This document shows positions 61,195-64,000 of a DNA stretch of 64,000 nt, piece after piece (the stretch's first letter is position 1; each line of letters opens with the position of its first letter). The position numbers and the translations under genes were made by a program. The stretch comes from an uncultured Verrucomicrobiota bacterium (GTDB lineage: Bacteria; Verrucomicrobiota; Kiritimatiellia; JAAZAB01), in NCBI GenBank assembly GCA_964630555.1, contig CAZVVD010000002.1, forward strand, positions 1,334 through 65,333. Reading direction: 5' to 3'. Under the pieces are notes generated by a model. It saw nothing but the letters and a program-made list of their open reading frames with translations. It searched no databases and was not told the origin of the DNA.

Positions 61195-62373
61195 ATGCTG
61201 AAAAAAACATGCCTGGCATTGGGGGCGGCGGTTGTGCTCCTGCTGGTCGGCGCGCTGCTGTTCCTGCAGCACGGGCTGACCGATTCCATGCGTAAGTATG
61301 TCCTGCCGGCGGTCAAGGAGAAGTTGCAGGCGGACGTGGCGGTGGAAAAATTCGGCGTCAACCTGCTGGGGGGGTCCCTCTCCCTGAGCGGGGTGCGGGT
61401 GGCCAATCCCCCGGGATTCGAGGAGCCGGAGATGGCGTCCTTCCGGCGGCTGCGGATCAAGGTCGGCATGCTGAAGCTGTTGAAGGGCGGGATTGCCGAC
61501 ATCCGCAAGGTTGCCGTCCGCGACGGGGTGCTGACCGTGGCGCGCGGCCGGGACGGCGCCCTGAACATCGCCCCCCTGGTCGGCCTCAAGGAGGACATCC
61601 GGGCGGCCGTCGCCGCGCCTGCGGGACCGGGCGCGCCGCCGGCGGACGGCAAGCCCGTCCACTTCGGCATCAAGCTCCTGGAGGTCAGCACCCTTGTTCA
61701 TTACATCGATCACCGGATGGATCCCGATCCGTTCCGCCTGACGCTGGACCTGCGCGCCCGCCTGCAGAACGTGGCCAATTACGGGGACGAGGATGTGCTT
61801 TCGGGCAGCCTGGCCTTGCAGGGGCGCCTGCTGCTGGCGGGGGGCGAGTCCTGCGCGTTCGACCTGAACGGGCGGATGGCCCCTTTCGTGGATCCGAACC
61901 GCTTGAGCTTCGAAGTGTCCGGGTCCATGCAGGAGTTGGAGATTTCCGCCTTCAAGCAGTTGGCCCGCCGGCGGGGGATCGAAAGCGGGAGAATCAGCGG
62001 CGCCGCGACCTTGCTGTGCAAGCGGGGCGTTCTGGATCCCGAGAAATCCATTCTGCGTTTGACCCTGAAAGACATCAAGCTGACGCCGGACAACCGGGCG
62101 TTCCTGCCCTCCGGCCGCCTGGTCGAGCAGGTCACGGTGGAAGTGCCGGTGCAGGGTACGCTGGATCGGCCGCAGGTGGATTTTTCCGGAGTGCTTGAAA
62201 AAATCCTGACCAACCCCGACAACCTCCGGGCGGTCCTGAAATCCCTCCAAGAGGAGCCCGGCCAGGGCGGCTCCCGGACCGATCAGGTCTCCGGGGCGGA
62301 TTCCGGCGGCGCATCCGCGGCGCTGCCGGCGAGCGATTCTGGAAGCGCGGCGCAGGAACAATCGGAGCCGTGA
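61195..62373 (+). CDS. membrane-anchored hypothetical protein (AsmA-like/DUF748-like)
   Basis: N-terminal TM anchor followed by an extended beta-rich region; alternative ATG at 61186. Confidence 0.5.
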   Translation: MLKKTCLALGAAVVLLLVGALLFLQHGLTDSMRKYVLPAVKEKLQADVAVEKFGVNLLGGSLSLSGVRVANPPGFEEPEMASFRRLRIKVGMLKLLKGGIADIRKVAVRDGVLTVARGRDGALNIAPLVGLKEDIRAAVAAPAGPGAPPADGKPVHFGIKLLEVSTLVHYIDHRMDPDPFRLTLDLRARLQNVANYGDEDVLSGSLALQGRLLLAGGESCAFDLNGRMAPFVDPNRLSFEVSGSMQELEISAFKQLARRRGIESGRISGAATLLCKRGVLDPEKSILRLTLKDIKLTPDNRAFLPSGRLVEQVTVEVPVQGTLDRPQVDFSGVLEKILTNPDNLRAVLKSLQEEPGQGGSRTDQVSGADSGGASAALPASDSGSAAQEQSEP

Positions 62374-62375
62374 CA

Positions 62376-64000
62376 TGATTCCACGCTGGGGCTTCGTTCT
62401 CTTGTGGCTCGGTGCGCTGGCCGGCGCTCTCGGCCTGCTCGCGGCCAACGTGGTCCTGGGCAACCTGAACCAGGACGAGGGCTGGTATCTCTACGCGGCC
62501 GGACAGGTGGCCCGGGGGCACGCGCTCTACCGCGACCTCGCCTTCAGCCAAGGGCCGATGCTGCCGCTGGTTTATGCCTGGATCCAGCCTTGGATTGAGG
62601 CCTGGGGACTGGGCGCCGGGCGGGCGTTCACCGCTTTGCTGGGATTGGCCGCCGCGCTGCTGGCGGCGCTGCTGGCGGCCCGGCTGGTCCCGCCGGAGCG
62701 CGCGCGGGCCGCGGCCCTCGCGGCCTTCACCCTGGCCCTGGTCAATGTTTACCAGGCCTACTATTTCACGCTGGTCAAGACCTATGCCCTGGCCGCGCTG
62801 TTCCTCGCCGGAGGATTTCTTGCCTTGCATTTGGCCCTCTCGCGGCGCGGCGCCTGGATGGCCGCCGCCGCCGGCGCCCTGATGCTTCTCGCCGGGGCGA
62901 CCCGGAGTACCGCGGGGCTCGTCTTGCCGCTGGCGCTGGTCATGCTCCTGATGGAGCGCCGGCGCGTGCGCTTCGAGGCCTGGCTCTGGATGGGGCTGGG
63001 CGCCGGCGCGGCCGCGGGCGTCGTGCTCCTGCCTTTCTGGATCATGGCGCCGGAGGCGTTCCGGTTCTGGATCGTGGACTACCATACCCTGCGGACTGCC
63101 GGTTCGCTGGGGCAGTCCCTGGTTTTCAAGGCCGGATTCCTCTCGCGCCTGCTCCAGGGCTATTTTGTCGCGGTCGCCGTGTGGGTCGCGGTCGTGGGCG
63201 CCCGGCTTTTCACCGGGCGGTCCCGGCCGGAAGCGCCGGCCTGCGCCTTGCCGACGCCCGAAAACTTCGTGCTCCGCCTGCTGTGGATTGGCATCGTCAC
63301 CATCAGCCTGGTCCAGTTCACCGCGCCGTTCCCCTACGAGGATTACCAGGTGTTCATTTACCCGTTCTTCGCCGTGGCCGTGGCGGCCATGGCCGTGCGC
63401 TGCGTGGCCGAGCGGAGCCTGCCATGGCTGGCGGCCGTGCTGCTCGTCCTCTGCCTCGGCGCGGCGTGCTCCTCGCCGGTGAACCAGGACTGGGTGATCG
63501 TGGGACGCGACCGCATCTGGTGGCGCACGAAGACACAGACCTCGCTGGCCCAGCTCCGGGAAGCCGGCGCCTTGCTGCGGGCGATGGCCCGGTCGGGGGA
63601 CCAGCTCCTGACTCAGGATCCCTACCTGGCGGTGGAAGCCGGGCTGACGATTCCGCACGGCCTGGAAATGGGTGAGTTCAGCTATTTTCCCGGACTCGGA
63701 ACGGACCAGGCCCGGCGCCTGAACGTGGTCAACCGACCGCTGTTCGAGGCGCTGCTGAAAACCTGTCCGGCGCCGGTCGCCGCCCTCAGCGGCTACGCCT
63801 TTGCCATGCGCTCCCCCCAGGTCACGCCGACGACCCCGGACGAGCAGGCCGCCTTCTGGCGCCTGGTCGGGGAGCGCTACGAGCTGGTCCGCGAGATCCC
63901 GGAGTTTGGCCAGGCCTTCACGACCTTGCGGATCTTTAGGCTGAAATCGCCGGACGCCAATGCCGCCGCGGCGCCCAGCGGGGAAGCAAACAGCCCTGAA
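62376..64000 (+). CDS. polytopic membrane glycosyltransferase, GT39/GT83-like (ArnT/PMT-type), partial; runs off the window end
   Basis: ATG 62376 3 nt after the upstream stop; continuous GC3-rich frame to the window end (not in the ORF track because no stop is reached); many TM helices. Confidence 0.55.

Overview
This is a high-GC (about 65-68%) bacterial chromosomal segment whose gene content suggests a Planctomycetes-Verrucomicrobia-Chlamydiae (PVC)-type organism, possibly Verrucomicrobia-like. Most of it is densely packed, ordinary metabolism. I see no CRISPR array, no tRNA or rRNA genes, and no transposase or integrase genes.

Gene content in order:
- The 3' end of an iron-containing alcohol dehydrogenase and a DUF503 gene.
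- A minus-strand operon: acetylating aldehyde dehydrogenase, then an acetyl-CoA synthetase whose N-terminus carries a STAS (anti-sigma antagonist) domain, then two more standalone STAS paralogues.
- A large glycoside hydrolase (GH)-like hypothetical, an HSL-type esterase, a low-GC Fic gene with an upstream operator-like palindrome, a decayed alpha/beta hydrolase pseudogene, a cupin, a frameshifted FAD oxidoreductase and a flavoprotein.
- A tight lptF/G-like, glycerate kinase, membrane protein, pilT operon.
- A 1058-aa secreted repeat protein that is low-GC in its 5' two thirds and has C-terminal FG-GAP-like repeats.
- A Zn-dependent ADH, an MFS transporter, an O-methyltransferase, a DUF481 outer membrane protein and a GT9 glycosyltransferase.
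- A C10 (streptopain-like) peptidase carrying the same FG-GAP-like repeats, an HtrA protease, Ppx/GppA and RtcB.
- A glycan cluster: SGNH esterase, YhcH, an unannotated 62-aa Cys-rich ORF, a GH4 glycosidase, a URO-D-like protein, a convergent GH2 beta-galactosidase and a MazG-like gene.
- trxB, a 1201-aa CBM9/NHL-repeat secreted protein, hisC, several secreted hypotheticals (DUF1080-like, WG-repeat, EF-hand), a tandem universal stress protein, hisB-hisA, an M16 peptidase, an AsmA-like protein and a partial GT39/83-like membrane glycosyltransferase.

The items most worth a second look:
- The STAS-Acs fusion with its two additional STAS paralogues (1776-6398).
- A 350-bp divergent intergenic region with six perfect palindromes (6472-6818).
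- A 76-77-bp double-hairpin element present twice (49161-49237 and 57238-57313).
- An approximately 180-bp palindromic element after rtcB (34264-34445).
- The Fic locus with its operator-like palindrome (11005-12182).
- A compositionally chimeric repeat gene with near-identical internal DNA repeats (20067-23243).
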